The notes under the pieces: generated by a model
Told to the model about the DNA's origin: nothing
What the model saw: the letters and a program-made list of their open reading frames with translations, nothing else
Databases searched by the model: none
Position numbers and translations under genes: made by a program
Shown here: positions 9,167 through 19,377 of the stretch, one piece after another
How the letters are laid out: each line of letters starts with the position of its first letter
Numbering within the stretch: position 1 is the first letter of the stretch
Source: Acidimicrobiia bacterium
Lineage (GTDB): Bacteria > Actinomycetota > Acidimicrobiia > Spongiisociales > JAENVV01
Reading direction: 5' to 3'
Assembly (NCBI GenBank): GCA_041577335.1
Contig: JBFGJH010000013.1
Location: forward strand, 1 to 62,083
Length of the DNA: 62,083 nucleotides

Positions 9167-11577
9167 CAGCGCACGGCCTTGACTCTGATGACCGGGTCGG
9201 TGCCGAGATGGGGGCCACCGGGCTGGTTGAACGGCACGTACAGCGTTCCCGGCGCCAATGAGTCATCGATTTGGACGGTCATCTGATGGCCGTTGATGGA
9301 TATGAGCCCGCCCTCGGCCACGCCGACGGCTACCGAGTCCTCGGTGGACAGGTAGGCGGCCACGCCAGGTGCCAGATCGTGAAGAGATAGCCCGGCCCTC
9401 ATCATCACGCCGTCGTCGTAGAGCGTGCGTGCGAGATGAAGCGTGAGCGGCGCCGATCTGGTCTCGATCTTGGCGTCAACCGGCACGTATTCGAATACCT
9501 CGGCGCCATTGAGCGGAACGACCACGCCGTCGGGCTCGTCCCAAGTGACCAGATCCCAGGTGACCCCACGGTAGGCGGGTGCCACACTGCCGATCTCTTT
9601 GGCGATCGCCTCCGCCGAAGCAAGGTGAATGGGCCGATCCATTGCGGTCGCCACGTCATCGAGAATCGACCAGTCCGCCCGAGCCTGACCGGGCCCAGGC
9701 ACGACCTGGTTGACCTTCTGCACCCTGCCCTCGAGATTGGTGACCATCCCCTCCTTCTCGGTGGCGGTCAGCGCCGGGAAAACTACGTCGGCGTGCCGGA
9801 CCGAATCGGTGACGAACAAGTCGATGGCCACCACGAACTCGGCCGCTTCGAGTGCTGCGGCTGCCGAGCCGCTGGGAACGTCGCGCACGGGATCGGCGCC
9901 GACGAGGAGCACCGATTTGATGGATCCCTCTGTGAGCCCGGTCAATATCTCGGCTGCTCCCTTGCCGGAGTGCTCAGGCACCTCCCACCCATCGAAGCCA
10001 TCGCTTCCCAGGGCTACCCGGCCGGGCAGGAGGTTGGGAGCGACACCCATGTCGAGCGCACCAAACACGTTGCCACGTCGAGCCACCGGAAGCACCGTCG
10101 CCTCGGGAAGATCGCGTGCGAAGGCGGCGACGGCTTCGGCCAGAGCCGGGCTCTCGCAGTAGCCGCTGCGTCCAACGATGGCCACCACTGGGCCCTCGTT
10201 GAGGGCGGCCCGTGCCTCGGCAAACTCCTCGAGCCCCGCCGCTAGGCGCCGAAGCACATCAGGCCCGGTGCCGGGTTGATATCCGAATTTGTGGGTAGCC
10301 CGGTCGTCGAGCCCGGTAGCTCGCGGGTGAACGACGATGAGTGTTGCTCCCAGTTCTTGCGCCGCCCGTCTAACGCGGAGGTACAGGGTCCCCAACTCCT
10401 CTTTGAGGTCGGGACCCCACACCAAGATCGTTTTGGCCCGCTCGAGGTCGGAGATTTGGCCCCGGCCGGCGACGGCGGCGAGAAACTGCGGTTCGAGACC
10501 ATCGTCCATTTGCGCGTCGAGATGGTTGGAGCCAAGTGCGACTCGCATGAACTTGGCAAGGGCATACGCATCTTCGTTGGTGCCGCGTGCGCCGCCGAGC
10601 GCCGCCACGGCGTGGCCGCCGTGCTCCTCGGTGATCGCGCCGAGGCGGTCGGCGACCTCCTGCAGGGCTTCCGACCAGGTGGCTTCGCGAAGCTCACCCT
10701 CGGCGTCGCGTAGCAACGGCGTTGTGAGCCGATCCGGACTGTTGATGTACTCGAATCCGAAGCGGCATTTGTCCGACAACCAGCCGTGATTGGTGGCGTC
10801 GTTGTCGACACCAAGGAAGCGAAGTATCTCGTTTTGGGACGCCTGGACCGTCATCGAGTCACCTGCGGTGCAATGCATGCAGGTTGAGCCGACGGCGCGA
10901 AGATCCCAAGGTCGAGCACGGAACCGGTAGGCGGTGGCGGTGAGCGCCCCGACCGGACAGATCTGGACGGTGTTGCCACTGAAATACGAGGAGAACGGCA
11001 AGTCGGGGAAGGTCCTGATCTGGGTGTTGTTGCCTCGTTCCTGGAACTCGATGAGCGGGTCACCGGAGATCTCCTCGGAGAATCGTGTGCAACGAGCGCA
11101 GAGAATGCATCGTTCCCGATCGAGGAGCACGAGATCCGAGATCGGGATGGGCTTTTCGTAATGACGCTTCTCTTCGACGAATCGACTTTCGGCGGGGCCG
11201 TGCGACATTGTCTGGTCTTGGAGAGGGCACTCTCCGCCCTTGTCACATACCGGGCAGTCAAGCGGGTGGTTGATGAGCAGAAATTCGAGGATGTCTTCTT
11301 GGGCCTTCTTGGCTACCTCGGATTGGGTGTGGACGATCATCCCGTCGCCGACGGGGGTCGTGCAGGCAGGCACGAGAGCTACTCCGCGGGGGCCTTCGAC
11401 CTCGACCAGGCACATCCGGCACATGCCAACGGGCTGCATGCGGGGATGCCAACAGAATCGGGGGATGTAGGTGCCGGTGTCCTCGGCTGCCTTGATGAGA
11501 AGCTCGCCGGGGCGCACCGAACGATCCGTCCCATCGATCGTGATCGAGATGAGCTCCGGTGCCACGTCGTCGCTCAC
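9166..11577 (-). CDS. nuoG: NADH-quinone oxidoreductase subunit G
   Basis: IPRFCWHP, CRMCLV, HPLDCPVCDKGGECPLQD, CILCARC; GTG start overlapping the nuoF stop. Confidence 0.95.
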   Translation of the reverse strand: MSDDVAPELISITIDGTDRSVRPGELLIKAAEDTGTYIPRFCWHPRMQPVGMCRMCLVEVEGPRGVALVPACTTPVGDGMIVHTQSEVAKKAQEDILEFLLINHPLDCPVCDKGGECPLQDQTMSHGPAESRFVEEKRHYEKPIPISDLVLLDRERCILCARCTRFSEEISGDPLIEFQERGNNTQIRTFPDLPFSSYFSGNTVQICPVGALTATAYRFRARPWDLRAVGSTCMHCTAGDSMTVQASQNEILRFLGVDNDATNHGWLSDKCRFGFEYINSPDRLTTPLLRDAEGELREATWSEALQEVADRLGAITEEHGGHAVAALGGARGTNEDAYALAKFMRVALGSNHLDAQMDDGLEPQFLAAVAGRGQISDLERAKTILVWGPDLKEELGTLYLRVRRAAQELGATLIVVHPRATGLDDRATHKFGYQPGTGPDVLRRLAAGLEEFAEARAALNEGPVVAIVGRSGYCESPALAEAVAAFARDLPEATVLPVARRGNVFGALDMGVAPNLLPGRVALGSDGFDGWEVPEHSGKGAAEILTGLTEGSIKSVLLVGADPVRDVPSGSAAAALEAAEFVVAIDLFVTDSVRHADVVFPALTATEKEGMVTNLEGRVQKVNQVVPGPGQARADWSILDDVATAMDRPIHLASAEAIAKEIGSVAPAYRGVTWDLVTWDEPDGVVVPLNGAEVFEYVPVDAKIETRSAPLTLHLARTLYDDGVMMRAGLSLHDLAPGVAAYLSTEDSVAVGVAEGGLISINGHQMTVQIDDSLAPGTLYVPFNQPGGPHLGTDPVIRVKAVR

Positions 11578-12887
11578 CCTTCGCCTCCGATTGTGACGGG
11601 AACCTGGTTGGCCGATCGGGCGTAAGCCTCGGCCTCGTCTCGGAAGTGTTCGAGGATCGACTTCACTGCCGAAACGGCCGATGGCCCCAGAGGGCAGATC
11701 GTGGTCTGCTTGGGAGGCCATCCGAGCCCGATCGAAATGCCATCGGAGACGTCGTGCAGAAGGTCGAGGTCGACCTCCCGGCCGCCACCATTCAGCATCC
11801 TCTGCAGGATCATGTCGAGCCAGGTCGTGCCTTCTCGGCAGGGGGTGCACTGGCCACACGATTCCTCTGCAAAGAACCGGACGAGTCGTTCCGCGGCGGC
11901 AACGACGTTGGTCGTGTGGTCCATCACGATGATCGCGCCCGAACCAAGCATCGACCCGGCCGCGGCACAATCGGCCTTGGTTATGGGATCATCGAGGTGG
12001 AGGCTAGGCACGAACCAGGGAGCCGAGGCGCCTCCCGGGATCCACGCCTTCAGGTCGTTGTCGTCGCGAATTCCACCTGCGACATCGTAGATGAGTTCGC
12101 GCCAGGTGATTCCGTGGGGAAGCTCGTAGTTGCCGGGTTTCTTCACGTGCCCCGAGACGGAGGCGAGGAACGTGCCCGTGTCTTCGCAGGCACTGAGCTC
12201 CTTGTACCACTCGGGGCCGTGGTTGATGATATGCGGCAGATTGGCGATCGTCTCGACGTTGTTGACAATGGTGGGCATCATGTAAAGGCCCTTGGCGGCG
12301 GGGAAATAGGGAGGCTTGAGCCGAGGCTCACCGCGCTTTCCCTCCAGCGAATTGAGAAGGGCGGTCTCTTCACCGCAGATGTAGGCGCCGGCTCCGAGGT
12401 GGACCGTGACTTCGAGGTCATAGTCGGTCCCGAATATGCCTTTGCCGAGCAGGCCTTCGGAGTAGGCATCATCCACGGCCTGCTGCACGCGGCGGGCCGG
12501 TTTGGGGTATTCGCCTCTGATGTAGATGAAGGCTTCGTGCACTTCGTTGGCAAACGCGGCGATGATGATGCCCTCGATGAGCTGGTGCGGGTCGCGTTCG
12601 AGAAGCTGGCGGTCTTTGAAGGTACCCGGCTCCGACTCGTCGCCGTTGACGACCAGGTAGGAGGGCCGCGGTGGGGCAAGAAACGACCACTTCATGCCGG
12701 TCGAGAACAACGCTCCTCCTCGACCGATGAGGCCCGAATCCTTCACGATTTCGACCAGCTCGTCGCGGGTTTTGGCCAAGGAGGCTTTGGCCGCCTCATA
12801 ACCACCCGAGGCGACATACCGCTGGTACGTGTGCGAATCGGAGGGATGCTCCTCCATCAGCTTGGTGATCACCTTCGGATAGCTCAC
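11574..12887 (-). CDS. nuoF: NADH-quinone oxidoreductase subunit F
   Basis: GRGGA, NGDESEPGTFKDR, GAGAYICGEETAL, ESCGQCTPCREG; GTG start overlapping the nuoE stop. Confidence 0.96.
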   Translation of the reverse strand: MSYPKVITKLMEEHPSDSHTYQRYVASGGYEAAKASLAKTRDELVEIVKDSGLIGRGGALFSTGMKWSFLAPPRPSYLVVNGDESEPGTFKDRQLLERDPHQLIEGIIIAAFANEVHEAFIYIRGEYPKPARRVQQAVDDAYSEGLLGKGIFGTDYDLEVTVHLGAGAYICGEETALLNSLEGKRGEPRLKPPYFPAAKGLYMMPTIVNNVETIANLPHIINHGPEWYKELSACEDTGTFLASVSGHVKKPGNYELPHGITWRELIYDVAGGIRDDNDLKAWIPGGASAPWFVPSLHLDDPITKADCAAAGSMLGSGAIIVMDHTTNVVAAAERLVRFFAEESCGQCTPCREGTTWLDMILQRMLNGGGREVDLDLLHDVSDGISIGLGWPPKQTTICPLGPSAVSAVKSILEHFRDEAEAYARSANQVPVTIGGEG

Positions 12888-13519
12888 GAACCTCTCCCTG
12901 GCTCGAGTGCGGGACTGTTCTCGGCTGCGGTACCAAACGGCGGAAACGCCGGGTAAGGGCCAACGGCGGCGTTGTCCTCCTTGATCGCCCAATCAAAGCT
13001 CGTCCGGCCTCCGAAGAGGGTCTGCATCTCGTCGGTGTTGATCGTCTCAGGCTTGCCGTTCCGCAGCCATTGGACCAGCTCCGTTGCCTTCTCTGCGCTC
13101 AGCCCCTCGATGAGCTCATAGTTGACCAAACAAGCCGGAGCGCCGCCACAAGCACCGATGCACTCGGCGTGTTCAACGGCGATCTCTCCGTCGGTCTCAC
13201 CGGCCGGCACTCCCGACGCCTGCTCCAAGGCCGCCAGCACGTCATCTGCCCCCATCAGGAAACACGAGATGGAGGTGCACATCGAGATGAGGTACTTGCC
13301 GATGGGCTCCTGTTTGTACATCACATAGAACGACGCCACCGATTGGACTTGGGCGGGCGTGATCCCGATGAGCTCGGCCACCGTCCGCATCCCCTCTTCT
13401 GAGAGGTAACCGTCCTCCCGCATGGCGAGGTACAGCATCGGCATCAGCGCCGATCGTCGATCGGGGTACTTGGAGATGATGGCGTCGGCGCGCTCGAGCG
13501 TCTCAGGAGACCAGGTCAC
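12884..13519 (-). CDS. nuoE: NADH-quinone oxidoreductase subunit E
   Basis: VASFY, CTSISC...CIGAC 2Fe-2S ligands; start taken at GTG (VTWSPE). Confidence 0.93.
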   Translation of the reverse strand: MTWSPETLERADAIISKYPDRRSALMPMLYLAMREDGYLSEEGMRTVAELIGITPAQVQSVASFYVMYKQEPIGKYLISMCTSISCFLMGADDVLAALEQASGVPAGETDGEIAVEHAECIGACGGAPACLVNYELIEGLSAEKATELVQWLRNGKPETINTDEMQTLFGGRTSFDWAIKEDNAAVGPYPAFPPFGTAAENSPALEPGRGS

Positions 13520-13644
13520 GGTCTGCTCCTGCGGAGCAGCATGCAGTATGCTGCTCCTTCTGAGCTCCGTGATCCGACAGGTCCGGTCGCAGTTTCGTAG
13601 GACGAAACTGCAATCCGATGACACGAATCGAAGATTCGTGTCAT
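13516..13644 (-). repeat. MIRU-like hairpin insert with a 42-codon coupling ORF between nuoD and nuoE
   Basis: Several inverted repeats (e.g. CCGATGACACGAATC-GAA-GATTCGTGTCATCGG); the ORF starts at ATGA on the nuoD stop and ends at GTGA on the nuoE start. Confidence 0.65.
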
Positions 13645-14999
13645 CGGTCGACGTCCCCCATCACCGGATCGAGACTCGCCAGAGACGCCACTGTGTCAGC
13701 AACGAGTGAGTCGGCCAGCAAGATCGGGATCGACTGGAGGTTGGCAAACGAGGGCGCCCTGGTGTGCATCCGGAGCGGTCGGCTACCACCGTCCGAGACC
13801 AGGTAGCAGCCGAGCTCGCCGCGAGGAGACTCGATGGCAACATACGTCTCGCCTTCCGGCACCTTGAAACCGTCGGTATGGATCTTGAAGTGGTGGATCA
13901 ATGCTTCCATCGACTCGTCGATTCGTTTGCGAGGTGGAGGCACCACCTTGCGGTCGTCAGTCTTGTAGTCGCCAGGCGGCATCGAGTTGGCCACCTGGCG
14001 GACAATGCGCAGAGATTCATGGATCTCGTTCACTTTGACGCGGTATCGATCGTACGAATCGCCGCGACTCCCCACGGCGACGTCGAATTCGTACTGTTCG
14101 ATGCCGGAGTAGGGCATCAGCTTGCGAAGGTCGTGGGCGTAGCCGGTGGATCGCAACGTTGGCCCGGTGATGGAGTAGGCAAGGCACTCTTCGGTGGTGA
14201 TGACGCCCACATCGCGGGTGCGGCGCAGCCAGATGGGATTCGCCTTGAGCAGGTCGTCATAGTCGGCGAGCTTGCCTGGCATGGTGTCGAGGATTTCCTC
14301 GACGTCGTCCTCCCAGTCGGGTGGGAGGTCGGCGGCCAAACCTCCCGGGCGAATGAAGTTGTGGTTCATCCGCAGCCCGGTCGTCTTCTCGAAGAATGCC
14401 AGGATCATCTCTCGCTCCCGGAACCCGTACAGCATCATGGACAGCGCCCCGACGTCCATGCCATTGGTCGCCAAGGCCACGAGATGGCTCGAGATGCGAT
14501 TCAGCTCCGTGAGGAGTATCCGCATTGCTTGGGCGCGTGGGGGGATATCGATTCCGAGTAGCTGTTCCACGGCCAGCGAAAAGCACAATTCGTTGTGCAG
14601 CGGCGCCAGGTAGTCCATGCGAGTGACGTTGGTGGGGCCCTGCATGAAAGTGAGAGTTTCGCCGGTCTTCTCCATTCCGGTGTGCAGATAGCCGATGATC
14701 GGCTTGACACGTCGCACGATTTCGCCCTCTAGCTCGAGATGGAGCCGCAACACACCGTGGGTTGACGGGTGTTGCGGGCCCATGTTGATGATCATGCGAT
14801 CGTCCTCGTCGATGTCTTCTTCGTAGAGGACGTCGTCGACAATCCGAGTTCCGAGCTGTTCCTTGAGCCGCTCTGCCGTTTCCTCGGGTCGCATGCTCTG
14901 ACGGCCTTCGGAGGTGCCTTGCACCATCCACGCCGGATCAGGTTCTTCGGTCCCGCTGACCCATACGACTTCTTCTCGCGTGTCTTTGGTGTCGGTCAT
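13641..14999 (-). CDS. nuoD: NADH-quinone oxidoreductase subunit D
   Basis: NMGPQHPSTHGVLRL, GYLHTGMEK, ESPRGELG, DPVMGDVDR. Confidence 0.96.
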   Translation of the reverse strand: MTDTKDTREEVVWVSGTEEPDPAWMVQGTSEGRQSMRPEETAERLKEQLGTRIVDDVLYEEDIDEDDRMIINMGPQHPSTHGVLRLHLELEGEIVRRVKPIIGYLHTGMEKTGETLTFMQGPTNVTRMDYLAPLHNELCFSLAVEQLLGIDIPPRAQAMRILLTELNRISSHLVALATNGMDVGALSMMLYGFREREMILAFFEKTTGLRMNHNFIRPGGLAADLPPDWEDDVEEILDTMPGKLADYDDLLKANPIWLRRTRDVGVITTEECLAYSITGPTLRSTGYAHDLRKLMPYSGIEQYEFDVAVGSRGDSYDRYRVKVNEIHESLRIVRQVANSMPPGDYKTDDRKVVPPPRKRIDESMEALIHHFKIHTDGFKVPEGETYVAIESPRGELGCYLVSDGGSRPLRMHTRAPSFANLQSIPILLADSLVADTVASLASLDPVMGDVDR

Positions 15000-15544
15000 C
15001 AGGTCACCTTGTTCGCTTCTTTGAACTGAACGGGCACGTCTCCGACGCCGAAGTCCTTGCGAAGTGGGTGTCCTTCCCACTCATCCGGCATCAAGATCCT
15101 GGTCAAGTCCGGATGGCCTTCGAATGTGATTCCGAACATGTCGTAGACCTCGCGCTCGAAGAAATTGGCGCCGGGATACACGGGAACGAGGGAGGGGATG
15201 GTCGTGTCGTCGGCGGGCACGGGGCACAGGACCCGCACGCGGAGGCTGTGAGCAATGGAGAGAAGGTTGGTGACGACCTCAAAACGGATGCGACGCACCC
15301 GGAGGTAGTCGACGGCGGTGAGGTCGGCGAGCATCTCAAATCCTGCCTCGTGCGCCGCGTGGGCGAACTCGGCCTGCCGCTCCTTGGGTAAAACTACGAC
15401 GTGTTGACCGTGCGACAGATGCCAGTGCGCATCGTCGAACGCCGCCACGAGCGCAGCGAGAATCGGCGGCTCCGGCAGCGGGCGCGGCGCGACTGCATCG
15501 ACTGAAGGCTCCACGTCGCTCGGTTCGATGGTCTCGTCAGACAC
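14999..15544 (-). CDS. nuoC: NADH-quinone oxidoreductase subunit C
   Basis: [32 protein letters not shown]. Confidence 0.96.
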   Translation of the reverse strand: MSDETIEPSDVEPSVDAVAPRPLPEPPILAALVAAFDDAHWHLSHGQHVVVLPKERQAEFAHAAHEAGFEMLADLTAVDYLRVRRIRFEVVTNLLSIAHSLRVRVLCPVPADDTTIPSLVPVYPGANFFEREVYDMFGITFEGHPDLTRILMPDEWEGHPLRKDFGVGDVPVQFKEANKVT

Positions 15545-16010
15545 GCGCCAGCTCCCCGCTCATGATCTTGTCATGAAGAGTCAGAATCCCGTGCATGAGC
15601 GATTGTGGTCCGGGCGGGCACCCAGGAATGTAGATGTCGACAGGCACGATCTGGTCGACACCTTGCACGAGCGCGTAGTTGTTGAACATGCCACCGGAGG
15701 AGGCACAGGCACCCATCGAGATCACCCATTTGGGCTCCGGCATCTGGTCGTATACCTGGCGGAGCACCGGCGCCATCTTCTGGGATACACGGCCGGCGAC
15801 GATCATGAGGTCGGCTTGGCGGGGCGATGCTCGGAACACCTCCATGCCGAAGCGAGCCAAATCGTAATGGGCGGTGCCGGTGGCCATCATCTCGATGGCA
15901 CAACACGCCAATCCGAAGGTGGCAGGGAACATTGATCGAGTTTGCGCCCATCGGGCAACCTTGTTGATGGACGCCGTGAGAACCCCCGGCACCTGGGGTG
16001 TGTCTGCCAT
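15537..16010 (-). CDS. nuoB: NADH-quinone oxidoreductase subunit B
   Basis: [25 protein letters not shown]. Confidence 0.97.
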   Translation of the reverse strand: MADTPQVPGVLTASINKVARWAQTRSMFPATFGLACCAIEMMATGTAHYDLARFGMEVFRASPRQADLMIVAGRVSQKMAPVLRQVYDQMPEPKWVISMGACASSGGMFNNYALVQGVDQIVPVDIYIPGCPPGPQSLMHGILTLHDKIMSGELARV

Positions 16011-16441
16011 CAGGCAGCCTCGACCGGAGACATCTCGGGCTCGATGCTGTCCTGGACACGCCGCTCACGTAGCGGAACATTCCAGTCGAGTGCGCCTCTC
16101 CCCCACACGTACAAGAGCGTTCCCATGACCAACAGAGTGAAAATGAAGATCTCGAGGACGCCTTTCCACCCGAACGACGGGTCAGGGAACACGACGGCCC
16201 ACGCAAAGAGGAAGATGATCTCGACATCGAAGATCACAAACAGCATCGCGACGAGGTAGAACTGGATCGGGAAGCGGTGCGTGGGCTCGACCTCGGGCAC
16301 GATGCCGCACTCGTAGGGTGCGAGTTTCTCCGGTGTCGGGTTCTTGGGGGACATCACCCAGGAGAGAGACAGCGCGGCGATCACAAACCCAAGCGCTAGC
16401 AGGAACATGATCGCTATCGGCAAGTACGCCGGAAGGTCCAC
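16010..16441 (-). CDS. nuoA: NADH-quinone oxidoreductase subunit A
   Basis: [24 protein letters not shown]. Confidence 0.96.
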   Translation of the reverse strand: MDLPAYLPIAIMFLLALGFVIAALSLSWVMSPKNPTPEKLAPYECGIVPEVEPTHRFPIQFYLVAMLFVIFDVEIIFLFAWAVVFPDPSFGWKGVLEIFIFTLLVMGTLLYVWGRGALDWNVPLRERRVQDSIEPEMSPVEAA

Positions 16442-16515
16442 CCAGAATCCTCTCTTCTTCCCTGCCAGATTAGGAAATCAGGGGCCAATCCCAAAAACGG
16501 CCGGACGGGCAGTCG

Positions 16516-16827
16516 TCAGCCTACGGTCTCGCCGCACGGGCACGGGTATTCGATTCCATTACGGCCCGGCCGCGCCTCGTGATATTGAAAGAACACCATC
16601 GTGTCGAGGGTGTCGCAATGTGCTGCAACCGCCACCGATTCCATCTCGGAACCGTTGGGGTAGAGAACCTGGCGAAGCCTTTGCGCCTCGGTTCGTATCT
16701 GATCGAGGCTGCGCCGACTGCGTGCCAGGACCGGCACGGGCGCTCGCTGCGAGCGAAGCGACTCGTGGTAGCGCCACCGTGTCAGCAACTCGTCGAGTGT
16801 CGATTCCATCACGGGATGGAGAGGCAT
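16516..16827 (-). CDS. Hypothetical protein with C-terminal CPCG
   Basis: Helical N-terminus, HC...CPCG at the end, co-oriented upstream of nuoA; start may be at MESTL. Confidence 0.5.
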   Translation of the reverse strand: MPLHPVMESTLDELLTRWRYHESLRSQRAPVPVLARSRRSLDQIRTEAQRLRQVLYPNGSEMESVAVAAHCDTLDTMVFFQYHEARPGRNGIEYPCPCGETVG

Positions 16828-17124
16828 GCCGACAAGTTACCAAGCGAGACGCCGCTCCGCCCGGGAAGACGCTCCGTGTCGCACCCATCGAATCGATGCG
16901 GCTCGAGACGACCTTGGCACGGTGGATCGACTCCCCTGCCCCATCGTCGCCATCGACCACTTCTCGGCGGCCGATCCTGCGCCATGTGGTCGAGCGTCAC
17001 CATCACCCGCCGGGGCGGCGTTCACCACCGCCGGGTCGCCGTAGCCAGGCAGCCGCAGAATCATGTGACGAGACGGGCGACCAACGAGGCCATCCGTCGG
17101 CTCAACCGGAGTCCGCGCTCGCCC

Positions 17125-18615
17125 CTAATCGCAGCCTGTGAGCGAGGCGAGCGAATCGGTGGCTGCGACGTGAGCCACCGTGGCGCTCCGCCAGCCCCAC
17201 TCGTCGCGATCCACCGAGGAGCCTGCGTCTGCAAGTACGGCAGCCAAAAGGCACGGGTTGTCGACCTGGTCGACGGAGGCGACGAGGGTGGGGATCGCAT
17301 CAGGCCCGAGGTTGGCGACGTACTCGTAGTCGAGTTCTGCTCCTTCGAGGTGGCGATCGATATTGACGGCCACGATCACGGCATCCGGGTTCACCGTCGT
17401 GAGCGCGCCGATGAACACGAGACCGGAGACCAATAGTCCCAGCGCGAACCCGGACCGATCGCGCCGCAGCACAGTGGCGAGCAAGAGCACCAGCACCACC
17501 GCCGTCCAGCCCATGAACACCGACGTATAGAAGCGAAGCTCGGTGAGGCCGAACACCTCGGTGTAGAGCCGCATACGGACAGCCGCCGACGCAACGATCA
17601 GCATCGTCAAGAGCACGAGCGATACAGCGCCAACATCGACAAGTTTGGCTTTGCTTTCGGACCTGTCCACAAACCAGTCGGCAACAGCGATCAGCACAAC
17701 CACGAGCACGGCCACTGCCACCATCTCAAAGAACCCGCGACGGGCATATTCCGAATATGTGAGGTCAACGACGTCGAGAACACTCGCCCCACCGAACAAG
17801 TATCGAACCTGCACGGCAACAAAGGCGGCGAAGAGGAGAATCACCGCAGCCAGGCCCGTGGCCACCGGCACAGCGGGTACGACCGGCCGCTGTGCCAATG
17901 CCCACCGGTCGCGAAAACCAGATCGAACGGCGCGTACGCATCCCACGGCCACGAGGGCCAGCAGCAGCGATGTCGCGAGCCGGCTCACGAACCGCGCAAC
18001 CTCCACGTCGATCGAAAACACGCGCGAGACGTACTCGGCAAAGACGGCGTCGGCCGCAACGAACAGCGCCAGGAACAACGCCAATACGGGTATGGCTGCC
18101 GCCAGACCGATGAGCGCCGGGCGAATCCGGCTGAAGCCCGAGGCCGGGCGCATGACTGCGGCGTCGTAGCGGAGAAACCTGCCAGCACCTTCAACGATCC
18201 CGGAGGCCGCGCCTCCTCCCCGCCAGACGTAGTCGGTGAGCGTCCACGACCGGAGGGGAGCCCCTTCATAGAGCCGGACACTGATGGCGATGATCACCGA
18301 ATATGCGAACAGGCTCAACGCTCCCAGTGTTGCCGATGAACGCCACGCAATCGCCAGCGCCATGAAGGCCGCAGCAGGTAGGAGCCACCGAAAGGCCACG
18401 GGATAGGTCATGTTGGCGGCTCGGCCGGCGAGAACCACGCCGACGCCGATCAACATCGCAATGGAGACACCGAGCCCAATGGGTCGCCGTAACGCCAGCA
18501 TGTCGACGCCGATGCCAACGATGAGGGCGGACCCCGCCGCAAGGAGAGGCCGAGCAAAGATTCGCCGCGATGCCGGCAAAGGCGGCGGACCGCCAAGCGT
18601 TTCGGTGACCAACAA
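17125..18615 (-). CDS. DUF4153/DUF4173-family membrane protein
   Basis: ADAVF, VQVRYLFGG, TYSEYARRGFFEM, RMRLY..FGLTELR motifs. Confidence 0.85.
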   Translation of the reverse strand: MLVTETLGGPPPLPASRRIFARPLLAAGSALIVGIGVDMLALRRPIGLGVSIAMLIGVGVVLAGRAANMTYPVAFRWLLPAAAFMALAIAWRSSATLGALSLFAYSVIIAISVRLYEGAPLRSWTLTDYVWRGGGAASGIVEGAGRFLRYDAAVMRPASGFSRIRPALIGLAAAIPVLALFLALFVAADAVFAEYVSRVFSIDVEVARFVSRLATSLLLALVAVGCVRAVRSGFRDRWALAQRPVVPAVPVATGLAAVILLFAAFVAVQVRYLFGGASVLDVVDLTYSEYARRGFFEMVAVAVLVVVLIAVADWFVDRSESKAKLVDVGAVSLVLLTMLIVASAAVRMRLYTEVFGLTELRFYTSVFMGWTAVVLVLLLATVLRRDRSGFALGLLVSGLVFIGALTTVNPDAVIVAVNIDRHLEGAELDYEYVANLGPDAIPTLVASVDQVDNPCLLAAVLADAGSSVDRDEWGWRSATVAHVAATDSLASLTGCD

Positions 18616-18701
18616 GAACTCCTGCGACGACTGGGGAATCTAACGAACGCAGCCGCACCACGGTTCCACACGATGCTACGAGCCGAAGCGGCGAGCTCCC
18701 G

Positions 18702-19265
18702 TCAGCGGGTGGCTTGCCATTCGGGGCGGAGCATGCCGAAGATCAACATGTCATACCGATGCCCATCTCTGTGGATGTTTTCGCGCTCGGTTCCCTCGTG
18801 GACGAAGCCGAGCGACCTGTACAGCTCGATCGCCCGGTCGTTGTACGAGAACACTCCTAAGGCAATGCGATGCAGATTGAGCTCGTGGAAGCCGAAACGG
18901 AGCAGCATGCCGATGGCTTCTCGGCCGTACCCCTTGCCCCAATCATCCGGATCGGAAATGCCGATCCCGAGCCAGGCAACGCCATTGGTCCATTCGATGT
19001 CGTTCAGTCCACAGAACCCAATGGTCGCGTCTTCGGCGACCGTTCGAATGACAAAGCGAAACACGTTGGGATTGGCGCGGTCCCGCTCGATGAGCTCCGT
19101 CGCTTTCTCAACGCTGAACGGAGCGACCGGCCCTGAATCCTCCAGTCGCCGGCTCCACATGCGACTGCGAGCGGAAAGATCCGGCGCGTCTGCCCCGGAC
19201 GGCGCCGCCAGCCGGATCGACTCCCCTTCCCACAGGCTTGTCAGGTCGATATCCACAGCAATCAC
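18702..19265 (-). CDS. GNAT N-acetyltransferase (RimJ/RimL-like)
   Basis: WGKGYGREA, LNLHRIALGVFSYNDRAIELYRSLGFVHEG. Confidence 0.9.
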   Translation of the reverse strand: MIAVDIDLTSLWEGESIRLAAPSGADAPDLSARSRMWSRRLEDSGPVAPFSVEKATELIERDRANPNVFRFVIRTVAEDATIGFCGLNDIEWTNGVAWLGIGISDPDDWGKGYGREAIGMLLRFGFHELNLHRIALGVFSYNDRAIELYRSLGFVHEGTERENIHRDGHRYDMLIFGMLRPEWQATR

Positions 19266-19340
19266 CCTATCGCCGGACGTGCGCCCGGTCTCCGAATTGT
19301 GAGAAGCCAGTGTCTGATCTCGGGTTGTTTCGCGTCGCAA

Positions 19341-19370
19341 TCCTCGACCCGCATGGGTGCGGGTCGAGGA
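19341..19370 (-). terminator. Probable terminator hairpin
   Basis: Perfect 13-bp stem TCCTCGACCCGCA-TGGG-TGCGGGTCGAGGA just past the lipoprotein stop. Confidence 0.6.
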
Positions 19371-19377
19371 GGCCGGA

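Noticed and set aside
9166..15080. N-terminally extended NuoG, NuoF, NuoE and NuoD as given by the ORF track
   Set aside because: The extensions overlap upstream genes; internal GTG/ATG starts give canonical stop/start coupling.
16837..17064. 75-aa ORF between the DUF4153 gene and the hypothetical gene
   Set aside because: There are no motifs or coding signal distinguishing it from the overlapping frames.
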